From NCBI GenBank assembly GCA_964458205.1, contig CAYWFJ010000003.1:1-42175 (forward strand): DNA of 42,175 nucleotides. The letters run 5' to 3'. Below the pieces are notes generated by a model. It ran no database searches. It was not told the origin of the DNA and saw only the letters and a program-made list of their open reading frames with translations. Source of the stretch: Candidatus Micrarchaeota archaeon. GTDB taxonomy: Archaea > Micrarchaeota > Micrarchaeia > Anstonellales > Anstonellaceae. The first letter of the stretch is position 1. Each line of letters opens with the position of its first letter. Position numbers and translations under genes: made by a program. This document shows, piece after piece, positions 32,017 through 41,730 of the stretch.

Positions 32017-34569
32017 ATGAAAAATATCATGTGGTTCTCCGAGATAAGAAAAACCAACCTTGCGGAAGTTGGCGGGAAGGGCGCGAACCTTGGCGAGATG
32101 ACATCGGTCGGCTTTCCCGTCCCTAACGGCTTCGTGGTGACTTCGGGCGCGTATTTCTGGTTCATCAGGCACAACAAGATAGAGGCGACCATAAAGGAGA
32201 TGACTTCTGACCTTGACACCGAGAACAGCGACAAGCTCAACATTGCCTCGGAAGCGATAAAGAACAAGATACTTTGCGGCGAGATACCGCCCCAGCTTCG
32301 AAACGAAATAATGGGCGCTTATAGGAGCATGATAAGGCAGGGGCGGGAGCCATATGTGGCTGTCCGAAGCTCGGCCACCGCAGAGGATTTGCCGGAAGCC
32401 TCGTTTGCAGGGCAGCAGTCCACCTTCCTCAATGTGCGCGGCGCGGAGGAGTGCGTCCAGAATGTGAAGGAGTGCTGGGCTTCGCTTTTCGAGCCGCGCT
32501 CCATATACTACAGGACTGAAAACAAATTCGACCACATGAAAGTGGGCCTGGCGGCGGTTGTGCAGGAGATGGTGCAGTCCGAGAAGGCGGGCGTGATGTT
32601 CACTGTGGACCCGATGACGCAGAACAGGGGGAAAATCGCGATTGAGGGCGCGTACGGGCTTGGAGAAGTCGTGGTCTCAGGCTCGGTGACGCCGGACAGG
32701 TATATTGTGGACAAGACTTCCCTTGCCATCGACATCAAGGATGTGGCAAAGCAGGAGTGGATGCTTGCGAAAATGAACGACAAGAACGAGAAAATCAACA
32801 TAAAGGAGGAAATGCAGGCAAGGCAGAAGCTCACCGACGCGCAGGTGGTGGAGCTTGCAAAAATCGGAAAGAGGATTGAACAGCACTATGGCAAGCCGCA
32901 GGACATCGAATGGGCGGTCACCGAAGGGAAGCTTTACATTGTGCAGTCAAGGCCCATAACCACCCTGAAGGGCGCGGCAGCTGTCCTAGATGGCGTGCCT
33001 TCCATTTCGGAGCCTGTGCAGCAAAAGCCTGCGGCACAGCAGGCAGTGGTTCAGCAAAAGCCGGCTCAGCAGGCGGTTGCGCCCGTGATTGCAAAGCCTG
33101 CGCAGCCCGTGATTCAGCCGCAGGCGGCAAGGCCAGCACAGCAGACTGCGCAGGCGCCAATCGCAATGCCTGCGCAAAAACAGGAGCAACGGGGTGGAAA
33201 CATGGCATCAAGCGAAGCTGAAGGGAAGATAATACTCAAAGGGCTTGGCGCGGCGCCAGGAGTTGGCAAGGGCAAGGTGAAGATACTCGCAGGCCCGAAG
33301 GAGATAGGCAAGGTGGAAAAAGGGGATGTGCTGGTCACAGACATGACCACGCCGGACTTCGTGCCTGCCATGAAGAAGGCGTGCGCGATAGTCACAAATT
33401 CGGGCGGCATGACCTGCCATGCGGCAATCGTAAGCAGGGAGATGGGGATACCTTGCGTTGTCGGGACAAAGAACTGCACCAGCGTGCTTCGTGACGGGCA
33501 GTTCATAACGGTCGATGCGAGCAGGGGCGTGGTTTACGACGGGGACTATGGCGCGGTGCAGGACAGGAGGAACACCGCCGACGCGCAGGGGCCGTCCGTT
33601 TCGCCGACATCCATCTCGGTGCCGGTCACAGGGACAAAGATATACGTCAACCTTGCTGAAGTGGACTTGGCGGAAAAGACGGCCAAGCTCCCATGCGACG
33701 GAGTGGGGCTCCTTCGCGCGGAGTTCATGATTGGCGACATCGGCGAGCACCCGAAGAAGATGATAAAGGAGGGCAGGGGCAAGGAATTCACGGACAGGCT
33801 TGCTGAGAAGCTCCGCGTCTTTACGACCGCATTCTACCCAAGGCCGGTCGTCTACCGCGCCACTGACTTCAAGACGAATGAATATAGGAACCTGAAGGGC
33901 GGCGAGGAGTACGAGCCAGCTGAGGCAAACCCCATGATGGGCTACCGCGGCTGCGGAAGGTACATCACCGAGCCCGAAGTGTTCTCGCTCGAGCTTGACG
34001 CGATAAAGAAGGTTCGCGAGGAATTCGGGATGAAAAACCTCTGGCTCATGCTTCCGTTCGTCCGGAGGATTGGCGAGCTTCGCGCGATAAAGGAGCTTCT
34101 CAAGAGCAGGGGCATGCACCACACGCGCGACTTCAAGCTGTGGATAATGGTGGAGGTGCCATCGACCGTCTTCCTGATTGACCAGTTCTGCGATGAGGGG
34201 ATAGACGGGGTGAGCATCGGGAGCAACGACCTCACGCAGCTCATACTCGGGATAGACCGCGACAACGCAACGCTTGCTGAAGGGTTCGACGAGCGGAACT
34301 ACGCCGTGCTTCGCGCAATTGAAAGGGTGGTGAGGGTGTGCGCGAAGAAGGGGGTCACCTGCTCCATCTGCGGGCAGGCGCCTTCGGTTTACCCCGACTT
34401 TGCGGAAAAGCTTGTTGATTTCGGCATAACCAGCATGTCGGTGAACCCGGACGCGGTTGAGAGGACCAGGCGCGTGGTTGCAAGCGCGGAGACAAAGGTG
34501 CTGCTCAAGAGGCTTGCAAAATTGACCGCAGAGGAGGACGCCGAAAAGCAGGGGGAATACGAGGATTAG
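32017..34569 (+). CDS. ppsA: Phosphoenolpyruvate synthase (PEP/pyruvate,water dikinase) with a P/A/Q-rich inter-domain insert
   Basis: N-terminus WFSEIRKTNLAEVGGKGANLGEM. Phosphohistidine domain TNSGGMTCHAAIVSREMGIPCVVG. C-terminal PEP-utilising TIM domain GVSIGSNDLTQL. SD GGGGGTG lies upstream. Confidence 0.92.
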   Translation: MKNIMWFSEIRKTNLAEVGGKGANLGEMTSVGFPVPNGFVVTSGAYFWFIRHNKIEATIKEMTSDLDTENSDKLNIASEAIKNKILCGEIPPQLRNEIMGAYRSMIRQGREPYVAVRSSATAEDLPEASFAGQQSTFLNVRGAEECVQNVKECWASLFEPRSIYYRTENKFDHMKVGLAAVVQEMVQSEKAGVMFTVDPMTQNRGKIAIEGAYGLGEVVVSGSVTPDRYIVDKTSLAIDIKDVAKQEWMLAKMNDKNEKINIKEEMQARQKLTDAQVVELAKIGKRIEQHYGKPQDIEWAVTEGKLYIVQSRPITTLKGAAAVLDGVPSISEPVQQKPAAQQAVVQQKPAQQAVAPVIAKPAQPVIQPQAARPAQQTAQAPIAMPAQKQEQRGGNMASSEAEGKIILKGLGAAPGVGKGKVKILAGPKEIGKVEKGDVLVTDMTTPDFVPAMKKACAIVTNSGGMTCHAAIVSREMGIPCVVGTKNCTSVLRDGQFITVDASRGVVYDGDYGAVQDRRNTADAQGPSVSPTSISVPVTGTKIYVNLAEVDLAEKTAKLPCDGVGLLRAEFMIGDIGEHPKKMIKEGRGKEFTDRLAEKLRVFTTAFYPRPVVYRATDFKTNEYRNLKGGEEYEPAEANPMMGYRGCGRYITEPEVFSLELDAIKKVREEFGMKNLWLMLPFVRRIGELRAIKELLKSRGMHHTRDFKLWIMVEVPSTVFLIDQFCDEGIDGVSIGSNDLTQLILGIDRDNATLAEGFDERNYAVLRAIERVVRVCAKKGVTCSICGQAPSVYPDFAEKLVDFGITSMSVNPDAVERTRRVVASAETKVLLKRLAKLTAEEDAEKQGEYED

Positions 34570-34577
34570 GTGTGAAA

Positions 34578-35189
34578 ATGGCTGCGCCTGTCCTGAAAAG
34601 CTTTCTTGCGGCAGCGCTTTCCATTCTCCTTTTGATTTTTCTTTCCGGATGCGGCCAGCAGGCTGAAAAACAGGGCGGAAACGCAACAAACGAGGTAATT
34701 GGAATGTCAAAAACAAACACAAGCGAGGTCAGAATTGCAGGGAAGGGGGATACCGTTTCGGTGAATTATGTCGGGAAGCTGGAGAATGGGACGGTGTTTG
34801 ACACAAGCATCGAAGCCGAGGCGAAAAAGGGAGGGCTGCCGCTGCGCGGAAGCTATTCCCCATTGGAATTCACGGTTGGCGCAGGGCAGATGATTGCGGG
34901 CTTTGACGCGGGCGTTTTGGGCATGAAGGAGGGCGAGGAGAAGACGGTGAGGCTGCCCCCTGAGCAGGCATACGGGAACAGAAGAGAGGATGCGGTCATC
35001 TCCATACCTGTCGCGAACATAGGCAACTCGGAATCGATAAAGGTCGGGAGCATGCTTTATGCGCAAAACGGCGCAAGCGGCACGGTGGCTGCGATTGAGA
35101 ACGGCACTGCGAAAGTGGATTTCAACCACGAGCTTGCAGGAAAGACGCTGGTTTTCACCATAAAGATGGTGAAAATACAGAAGAAGTAG
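34578..35189 (+). CDS. FKBP-type peptidyl-prolyl cis-trans isomerase, lipoprotein-like signal
   Basis: Signal ends LLIFLSGCGQ. FKBP core GDTVSVNYVGKLENGTVFDTS...LEFTVGAGQMIAGFDAGVLGMKEGE. ATG 34578 lies 5 nt after AGGTG; the ORF track starts at GTG 34572. Confidence 0.85.
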   Translation: MAAPVLKSFLAAALSILLLIFLSGCGQQAEKQGGNATNEVIGMSKTNTSEVRIAGKGDTVSVNYVGKLENGTVFDTSIEAEAKKGGLPLRGSYSPLEFTVGAGQMIAGFDAGVLGMKEGEEKTVRLPPEQAYGNRREDAVISIPVANIGNSESIKVGSMLYAQNGASGTVAAIENGTAKVDFNHELAGKTLVFTIKMVKIQKK

Positions 35190-35278
35190 CTGGCGGGGAA
35201 ACGCCAGGGCAATGCATGAGGGCGGCGCGATAAGAAGAAAAATGCGTTGCCCCTATCTTTCGCCAAAAGGATGGTTTT

Positions 35279-36196
35279 GTGAAAATCATGCTGCAATTCC
35301 CGGAGGGCCTCAAGCGAATAGCGCTAGAGGAAGCAGGGAAGCTTGAGAAGCAGGGGCACGAGGTGTTCCTTTCGGCTTCCGCATGCTTTGGCGGGTGCGA
35401 CTTGTGCCTGGATGAGGCGCGGCTTGTCGGCGCCGGGAAGATAATCCACTTCGGGCATGCTGAATTCTGCAAGGTGGCTGGCAAGGGGATGCCGAAAGTG
35501 GAGTATATGCCTTACTTTTTGGAAGTGGAGTGGGAAGCCGCGGGGAGGATGCTTGCGAAAGCGGCAGGCATGCTGAAGGGGAAGGGCGCAAGGAAAGTTT
35601 CGCTTGTTTACCCTGTGCAGCATGCGAAGAATTCTGTGATGGTGAAGGGGCTATTGCAAAAGGAAGGCTTGGAAGTGCTGGTTGGCAAGGGCGGGAAAAA
35701 CACGCGCTATTTGGGGCAGGTGCTGGGCTGCGACGGAAGCGCGGCTGGCGTGAAGGGGATTGATGCCGCCGTTTATTTCGGAGGGGGGAAATTCCACCCG
35801 ACAGGGATTGCCCCTGGAAAGCCCGTGCTGTGCGCAGACCCGCACCTTATGGATGCCTACTGGATTACAGATGAGATAACAAGGCGGGAAAAAAGGCGGA
35901 AGGGCGCGCTTCTGTCTGCATCGGAAGCGAAAACGTTCGGCATACTGCTGAGCACGAAATGCGGGCAGATGAACATGGCGGCCGCGAAAGCCGCAAAAAG
36001 GATGATTGAAGGGAAAGGGAGGCGTGCCGCGATATTGGTTGCAAACGAGCTTTCCCCTATTGCGTGCGCGAACTTTTCAGCGTTTGATGCGTATGTGAAT
36101 ACGGCCTGCCCCAGGATTTCCGATGACGGCGAGGCATATGGGAAGCCGATTGTGGATGCAAAGGACATCAAGAGGCTCCTTGAGCTGATGGTTTAG
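35279..36196 (+). CDS. dph2: Diphthamide biosynthesis protein Dph2 (2-(3-amino-3-carboxypropyl)histidine synthase)
   Basis: Shows LQFPEGLKRIALEEAGKLEKQGHEVFLSASACFGGCD...IIHFGHA...NTACPRI. The start is GTG 35279 or ATG 35288. Confidence 0.8.
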   Translation: MKIMLQFPEGLKRIALEEAGKLEKQGHEVFLSASACFGGCDLCLDEARLVGAGKIIHFGHAEFCKVAGKGMPKVEYMPYFLEVEWEAAGRMLAKAAGMLKGKGARKVSLVYPVQHAKNSVMVKGLLQKEGLEVLVGKGGKNTRYLGQVLGCDGSAAGVKGIDAAVYFGGGKFHPTGIAPGKPVLCADPHLMDAYWITDEITRREKRRKGALLSASEAKTFGILLSTKCGQMNMAAAKAAKRMIEGKGRRAAILVANELSPIACANFSAFDAYVNTACPRISDDGEAYGKPIVDAKDIKRLLELMV

Positions 36197-36198
36197 CC

Positions 36199-37173
36199 AT
36201 GGCGGGCGCAAACGGGAGAATCGCGTTTTTCGACTTCCTGAAAGGGATTGCGATTATTTCGGTGATTTTCCTCCACTGCGCGGATTTCACGCAGGAAGGA
36301 GCATGGGTAAAGGAGCCCCTGAGCTTCGGGGTGGAGCTGTTCGTAATCGCCTCCGGGTTCCTTCTCGCGAAAAGGTATGAGAATGGCGTTGCGGTTCTTG
36401 GCTATTGGAAAGGGATATTCATCCGGCTCGTGCCGGCATATGTTTTTTTCACGCTCGCGCTCCACTTGTTTGCCTTCGGTTTTTTGATTTCCCCGCATGA
36501 GCTGCTGCTGGACGTCCTTCTTGGGAGGCAGAACGGCGGGAGCCTGTATTTCATACCGGTGATATTGCAGCTTTACCTGGTATTCCCCATATTGAACAGA
36601 TACAGGCGCGAGGCGCTCTCGCCCCCCTTCCTTGCGCTCGCGCTTGCCCTTTCGCTTCTGATAAGCCAATGGGACTCGATGGTGCGCGTGCCGTGGAACG
36701 CCGACCCGTTCGCACTCGCGTTTTGCGGGAGGTATTTCTTCCTTTTTGTGCTTGGAATGTGGATGTCGGAAAGGAAAATCGAGGATGTGGGGGCAAAGAA
36801 AAGCGCCGCAATCCTAGTCTGCCTGCTTGCGCTTGTCCTGCTCTCATTTGCGATAAGCTTGCCCTTCAGGCAGGTTTTCCTGTATCCGGCGGCAATGTTT
36901 TTCGCAATCCGTGCGGCATACCTTGCCTTGGAAAAGGCGAAGCCTGCAGCCAGCATCCTTTCCGCGGTTGAAAGCACTGGCAGGATGTCGCTTATGGTCT
37001 ATATCCTGCACCCGATTGCGATTTATGGCGTGCTTGCGAGGCTGCCATTTGAGCCGGCAGGCTGGGCGGGATATCTTGCCTATTCGCTTGCCGCACTCGC
37101 GCTAAGCTATGCTGGAGCTGCCATGTTCTACCTGGCTGGCAGGCTTGTTTGGAAAGGAACCGCCCGTGCATAG
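36199..37173 (+). CDS. Acyltransferase family 3 (OatA-like) integral membrane protein
   Basis: Shows RIAFFDFLKGIAIISVIFLHC and about 9-10 hydrophobic helices, typical of Acyl_transf_3. Confidence 0.7.
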   Translation: MAGANGRIAFFDFLKGIAIISVIFLHCADFTQEGAWVKEPLSFGVELFVIASGFLLAKRYENGVAVLGYWKGIFIRLVPAYVFFTLALHLFAFGFLISPHELLLDVLLGRQNGGSLYFIPVILQLYLVFPILNRYRREALSPPFLALALALSLLISQWDSMVRVPWNADPFALAFCGRYFFLFVLGMWMSERKIEDVGAKKSAAILVCLLALVLLSFAISLPFRQVFLYPAAMFFAIRAAYLALEKAKPAASILSAVESTGRMSLMVYILHPIAIYGVLARLPFEPAGWAGYLAYSLAALALSYAGAAMFYLAGRLVWKGTARA

Positions 37174-37217
37174 GCATATATTCCTTATTTGCCCTTTTCA
37201 CGCGGGATGGTGAAGCT

Positions 37218-38240
37218 ATGTCGATACTCATCGGGCTTACTGGCGAAAACTGCGCGGGCAAGGGGACGGTCGCAGACTATCTTGTGAAAAAAGGGTTCTA
37301 TTACTATTCGCTCTCAGATATCATACGTGAAGAGCTTGCGAACGAAGGGAAGGAGATAACCAGGGACGCCCTTATCGCGAAAGGCAACGACTTGAGGCGC
37401 AATTTCGGGGCGGACATACTTGCCAAAAGGACGATTGGGAAGCTTTTGCCTGACAGGAATTATGTCATAGATTCCATAAGGAACCCTGCCGAAGCAAAAG
37501 CGCTTCTTGCCACCGGGAAGATGACTCTTGCTTATGTGACCGCATCGCCTGAAGACAGGTTCGAGAGGATGAAATCAAGGAAACGGGAGGGCGACCCGAG
37601 AAGCTTCGAGGCTTTCAAGATAATTGACCGCGCAGAGATGGAAAGCAAGGATGAATTCGGGCAGAAGCTGGGCGAGGTGTTCGCGCTTGCCACAAAAAGA
37701 GTGGTGAACGAGGCGGATTTCAAGTCGCTTTATGCGAGCGTGGATTCCATCCTTTCCCAGATGTCTGCCGACTTCAAGTCGAAAAGGCCCAGCTGGGACG
37801 AGTATTTCATGAATATCGCGCTGGTGGTTGCAAGCAGGAGCAACTGCCTCAAGAGGCACGTCGCGGCGGTCATCGTTAAGGACAAGCGGATAATCTCCAC
37901 CGGCTACAACGGCACCCCGCGAGGGATAAAAAACTGCGACGAGGGCGGCTGCGCAAGGTGCGCAAGCTTTGCGGATTCCGGCACCAAGCTTGACGAGTGC
38001 GTGTGCTCGCATGGGGAGGAGAACGCCATTGTGCAGGCTTCGTACCACGGGATAAGCATAAAGGGCGCGACAATCTACACGACCTTCTCGCCCTGCCTCA
38101 ACTGCACCAAGATGATAATCAATTCGGGCATGGTTGAAGTGGTCTACAACAGCAAGTACCCTGTGTGCGAGCTGCCGATGAAGCTTCTTAAGGAGGCGGG
38201 GATTGCAGTAAGGCCCGTAAAGCTCGAAGAGGAAAAATGA
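37218..38240 (+). CDS. Fusion protein: N-terminal P-loop (d)NMP-kinase-like domain plus C-terminal dCMP deaminase
   Basis: P-loop LIGLTGENCAGKGT at the N-terminus. Deaminase motifs WDEYFMNIA..ASRSNC...CSHGEENAI...TFSPCLNCTKMI (HxE / PCxxC zinc site). ATG 37218 follows GGTGA. Confidence 0.85.
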   Translation: MSILIGLTGENCAGKGTVADYLVKKGFYYYSLSDIIREELANEGKEITRDALIAKGNDLRRNFGADILAKRTIGKLLPDRNYVIDSIRNPAEAKALLATGKMTLAYVTASPEDRFERMKSRKREGDPRSFEAFKIIDRAEMESKDEFGQKLGEVFALATKRVVNEADFKSLYASVDSILSQMSADFKSKRPSWDEYFMNIALVVASRSNCLKRHVAAVIVKDKRIISTGYNGTPRGIKNCDEGGCARCASFADSGTKLDECVCSHGEENAIVQASYHGISIKGATIYTTFSPCLNCTKMIINSGMVEVVYNSKYPVCELPMKLLKEAGIAVRPVKLEEEK

Positions 38241-38247
38241 GGGGCGA

Positions 38248-39111
38248 CTACTCCTTGAAATGGGCCCTGAGAGCCCCCTCTATCGCATCCTTAAGCGATG
38301 AGTGCCCTTCGCCTTTGCGCACGAAAACGATGCCGGATTCGCTGAGCTTGCCCGCGTCCAGTTCCTCGCCGCTGTGCAATATCGCCTTAAAGGGGATGCC
38401 CGGCCTTGCACCCCTTATCCCTTCGATAAGCCCGATTCCATCCATCGGCTGGCGCATGTCGTAGTCCGTTACCACAACATCAGCAGGGATTTTTTTGAAC
38501 GAATCGAGCGCAAGATGCGGATTGGTGAAATACGATACGTTTTGATAGCCTGCCCTATTCAGGTTGTCCCGTATCAGGCGGCAGGTGGTTTCATCGTCAT
38601 CCACCAGCAGTATGCTTGCCTTTTTGAAATCCTTTCCATGGGAAAGCCGCTCAACCGCATCGAGAAATGCATCAAGCATGAATGGCTTCTTCAAAAGCGC
38701 ATCGGCAGACGGGACGGACAGGCCAGGGGTTCCGGATGCAACCATGACACGGACTTCAGCCCCCCCTTCGCAGCTTCTAATCCGCCGGATAAGCTCGTCC
38801 CCGTTCATCAGCGGCATGCTAAAATCTGTTATCAGTATGTCAAAAGGCTCCTTTTTGAATGCCTCCAGGGCATCCAAAGGCGAAGTGAATGACGTAACCG
38901 ATTTGAAGCCGGCATCCGAGATTATCTCGCGCATCAGGCCGCACATCGGCGCGTCATCATCGACCACGAGCACGCGGGATTCCTTGCCCTTCCTTTCCAA
39001 AGCATTGGAAAGAGGGGGCCTGCCAGTGAACACTGGCCGCGGCAAGGGGCTGCCTTGCTTTGCCCCGGTGCCTGAGCCGTTCTTGGAAAATGCGGAATTG
39101 TACGCGCCCAT
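38248..39111 (-). CDS. Tandem receiver-domain (REC-REC) response regulator without an output domain
   Basis: Two CheY-like units: RVLVVDDDAPM...DILITDFSMPLMNG and SILLVDDDETT...DVVVTDYDMRQPMDG. Confidence 0.8.
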   Translation of the reverse strand: MGAYNSAFSKNGSGTGAKQGSPLPRPVFTGRPPLSNALERKGKESRVLVVDDDAPMCGLMREIISDAGFKSVTSFTSPLDALEAFKKEPFDILITDFSMPLMNGDELIRRIRSCEGGAEVRVMVASGTPGLSVPSADALLKKPFMLDAFLDAVERLSHGKDFKKASILLVDDDETTCRLIRDNLNRAGYQNVSYFTNPHLALDSFKKIPADVVVTDYDMRQPMDGIGLIEGIRGARPGIPFKAILHSGEELDAGKLSESGIVFVRKGEGHSSLKDAIEGALRAHFKE

Positions 39112-39168
39112 GGTTAATCCCGTGCTTTTCTCATGCGGAGTGTTTAAAAGGCATTTTGAAGCGCCCCC

Positions 39169-39822
39169 CTAAAGGGTCTTGAAAAGGAATCTTAGGACGC
39201 CAAGAAGGACAGTAAGGGAAAGGAAGGCGCCTGCGGCAAGAAGGACGATTCCCGGCACCAGCCAGGAAACAAGCGCCTTTTTCCAGCCGAACTTGAAAAG
39301 CGCGCCGATTGAGACTGTGAGGAGATAAAATCCATAGATGAGCATCGAGAAGGCGACAAGGTCGCCTGCAAGCTGGAAAATCCCCGCGCCGAGCGGAAAG
39401 GAAAGATTCTGCATAATTGACTTTAGGAGGAGGACTGCGATGTTTATGACTATGGTGAAAACGAATGTCGGGGCTGCGGCAAGGCTCACCATGTAGTAAA
39501 GCCTGCCAATCTCGGCCTTGCCCCCAAAGAATGACGTGGTGGCTGACAGCATCAGCGTGAAGAGCCCGGAAACTGCGATGATGGCAAGCGCAGTTGCAGC
39601 AATGCTGAAAAGCAGGGCGGCAAGGTATATCGCCTCGAAATTGCCAGAGAGGAGAAGCGCAAGGAGAAGAAGCGGAAGGTATGTCATCAGGATGGGCGTG
39701 CCGAAATTCTCAAGCCCGTCGCGGAAGGAAAGCTCCTTCCGCTTGGCATGGATGGCTGCGGTTTTTTTGGGCGAGAGCATCATCTGGTTCCAGGAATCGG
39801 TCCGCTCTTGGAATTCCAGCAT
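39169..39822 (-). CDS. Yip1-like multi-pass membrane protein
   Basis: About 45-aa hydrophilic N-terminus followed by five hydrophobic helices. The family call is tentative. Confidence 0.45.
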   Translation of the reverse strand: MLEFQERTDSWNQMMLSPKKTAAIHAKRKELSFRDGLENFGTPILMTYLPLLLLALLLSGNFEAIYLAALLFSIAATALAIIAVSGLFTLMLSATTSFFGGKAEIGRLYYMVSLAAAPTFVFTIVINIAVLLLKSIMQNLSFPLGAGIFQLAGDLVAFSMLIYGFYLLTVSIGALFKFGWKKALVSWLVPGIVLLAAGAFLSLTVLLGVLRFLFKTL

Positions 39823-39834
39823 GCAAAACCCCGC

Positions 39835-40512
39835 TTACTTCACAACCGTGCCGCCGTGCGGCCTGCCCTCTATCGCTTTTCTCACATCGAGCATGTTCTT
39901 GCCGTGCACGAAATGCGCCTCAATCTTCGAGCGGGCAATGAGCTTGCAGGCAAGGAAGTCGAATACGAAGTGCGTGCCCGCCTTGCGCATGTCGTTTTTC
40001 CCTGCAAGGTCGATTAGCTGCGCATAGCCCATCTTGCGGAATTTCTTCGCGTCGTGGTTGCGGACCGGATTGTCGGAATATATGCCATCGATATTGGAAA
40101 GGTTGAGCACGCGCTTTGCGCCAAGGCATTCCGCCAGTAGAACCGCATCGCTGTCGGTCGTGATGCCCGGTATGGTGCCGCCCATCACCGTGAAGCGGTG
40201 CTTTTTCGCGGATGCGCGCGCCGACTCGAACGTGTGGCAGACCGTGCGGTTGACGTCGCTTTTTATAATGTCTATCACGAACTGGGAATTTTTTTTCGTC
40301 GCCTCTATCGCAGCCTCGTCAGCCTCGAATTCGCTTGCGCCTTTTTTGCGCGCGGCTTCCGCCCATTTCCTCGCAAGCCTGCCCCCGCCTACGACTATGC
40401 CGAACCTGAATTTCGTTGAGCGGAGCACCCTTGCAAGCGAGGCGACATACTGCCCGTCGGGCTCGCCAGGGTTCACAAGCGAGCCGCCCAATGAGATTAC
40501 GACCGTTTGCAT
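39835..40512 (-). CDS. pyrH: Uridylate (UMP) kinase, archaeal type
   Basis: Shows VVISLGGSLV...GIVVGGG..AR...GGTIPGITTDSDAVLLAE...LSNIDGIYSDNP. Confidence 0.88.
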   Translation of the reverse strand: MQTVVISLGGSLVNPGEPDGQYVASLARVLRSTKFRFGIVVGGGRLARKWAEAARKKGASEFEADEAAIEATKKNSQFVIDIIKSDVNRTVCHTFESARASAKKHRFTVMGGTIPGITTDSDAVLLAECLGAKRVLNLSNIDGIYSDNPVRNHDAKKFRKMGYAQLIDLAGKNDMRKAGTHFVFDFLACKLIARSKIEAHFVHGKNMLDVRKAIEGRPHGGTVVK

Positions 40513-40563
40513 GGGGGGAATACTGCTGGCATGTTTTTAAATGCTGTTTCGCAAGGATTGCAC

Positions 40564-41136
40564 ATGGGAAAGGGAAAATTCGGCTCGGAGATAGCCGCGA
40601 TTGTGAAGGAGCTTGAAAGGCGCGAGCGGGAGCAGGACAGGATACTTTCGGGGACGCGGGAGATAATCCGCCACTGCTCAAACGGGATAAAGCTTGCGCA
40701 TGCGGGCGAATTGAAGAAGGCGAAGGCGGAAATAGCGGCTGCCGAGAGGAAAGCCGCGCCATTTTCGAAAACCGAGCAGTTCGGGTACCTCCTTGAGCAG
40801 ACCTATCAGGAAATCGCGGAGGCGAGGCTGTTCCTTGCAGCAGCGGAGGGGAAAAGCCTTCCGACTTGGAAGGGGCTTGGGATGCCCTTTGAGCCTTACC
40901 TTCTCGGGCTTTGCGACCTTGTTGGCGAGCTTCGCCGCGAGATGCTTGAGATGCTGAAAAAGGGGAGGATGAAGGATGCCGAGCGCCATTTTGAATTGAT
41001 GAGCGGGATATACGACGAGCTTTTGCCCATACGGTTCTCGAATTCGCTCCTGCCGAACTTCCGCAAGAAGCAGGATGTCGCAAGGATGCAGGTCGAGCAG
41101 GCAAGATCGGAGCTTGTCAGGGCGAAGATGAGGTAG
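40564..41136 (+). CDS. Translin-family protein
   Basis: ATG 40564. Shows ...YQEIAEARLF...EPYLLGLCDLVGELRREMLE..., the archaeal translin pattern. Confidence 0.7.
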   Translation: MGKGKFGSEIAAIVKELERREREQDRILSGTREIIRHCSNGIKLAHAGELKKAKAEIAAAERKAAPFSKTEQFGYLLEQTYQEIAEARLFLAAAEGKSLPTWKGLGMPFEPYLLGLCDLVGELRREMLEMLKKGRMKDAERHFELMSGIYDELLPIRFSNSLLPNFRKKQDVARMQVEQARSELVRAKMR

Positions 41137-41139
41137 CCC

Positions 41140-41586
41140 TCAGACGCCCTCGAACTGCCAGCTTTCCTTCACCACGTTGAGTATCACCTGCGTGTTGGTG
41201 TGCTCGATGTGGGGCAGGTTGAGGAGCTTTTTTATCAGCCCGGAGAACGAATCGCGGCTCTTTGCCGCGATGATTGCCACGCTGTCGTACTCGCCTGTCA
41301 CGTCATAGACCGCCATCACGCCTGGCAGGCGGCTTATCCTGCCTTGCGTTTCAAGGAGCCTGCCTTTCTCTATCTTTATCTGCACCACGCCCAAGAATTC
41401 GTAGCCGAGCTTGGAAAGGTCGATATTCGCGCCGTACCCCAAAATCACGCCTGATTTCTCAAGCTTCTGCATGCGCGAAATGAGCGTGGTCGGGTGGAGC
41501 TTCAGGCGCTTTGCTATCTCGCGGTACGAGCCGCGGCAGTTCCCGCGAAGGGAGGAGAGTATCTCTGCGTCGGTCTTGTCCAACAT
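41140..41586 (-). CDS. lrp: Lrp/AsnC-family transcriptional regulator
   Basis: Shows LDKTDAEILSSLRGNCRGSYREIAKRLKLHPTTLISRMQKLEKSGVI, followed by a RAM domain (..VMAVYDVTGEYDSVAII..). SD AAGGTGGG lies upstream. Divergent from glnA. Confidence 0.88.
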   Translation of the reverse strand: MLDKTDAEILSSLRGNCRGSYREIAKRLKLHPTTLISRMQKLEKSGVILGYGANIDLSKLGYEFLGVVQIKIEKGRLLETQGRISRLPGVMAVYDVTGEYDSVAIIAAKSRDSFSGLIKKLLNLPHIEHTNTQVILNVVKESWQFEGV

Positions 41587-41681
41587 TTGCCCACCTTTTT
41601 AGTGCCTTTCCAGATGAATAATGTACATTTGGGCAAATAATTTAAAAAAACAGCTTGAATGTGCATCAATTCCTGCAAGAA

Positions 41682-41690
41682 TTATATATA
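41682..41690 (+). promoter_or_regulatory. TATA box for glnA
   Basis: TTATATATA lies about 41 nt upstream of ATG 41731. SD GGGGGTGGGG lies just before the ATG. Confidence 0.45.
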
Positions 41691-41730
41691 CAACCTAATG
41701 CGCATCACCCACATCGATAGGGGGTGGGGA

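Noticed and set aside
33208-34722. 504-aa minus-strand ORF
   Set aside because: It is entirely antisense to ppsA, whose family motifs are unambiguous. The product is Arg/Pro/His-rich with no recognisable motif.
38302-39172. Plus-strand ORFs 38302..38892 and 38564..39172, with similar cases 40319..41104(-) and 31..651(-)
   Set aside because: They are antisense to clearly recognisable genes (the REC-REC regulator, translin and rpl15e respectively). No independent support exists.
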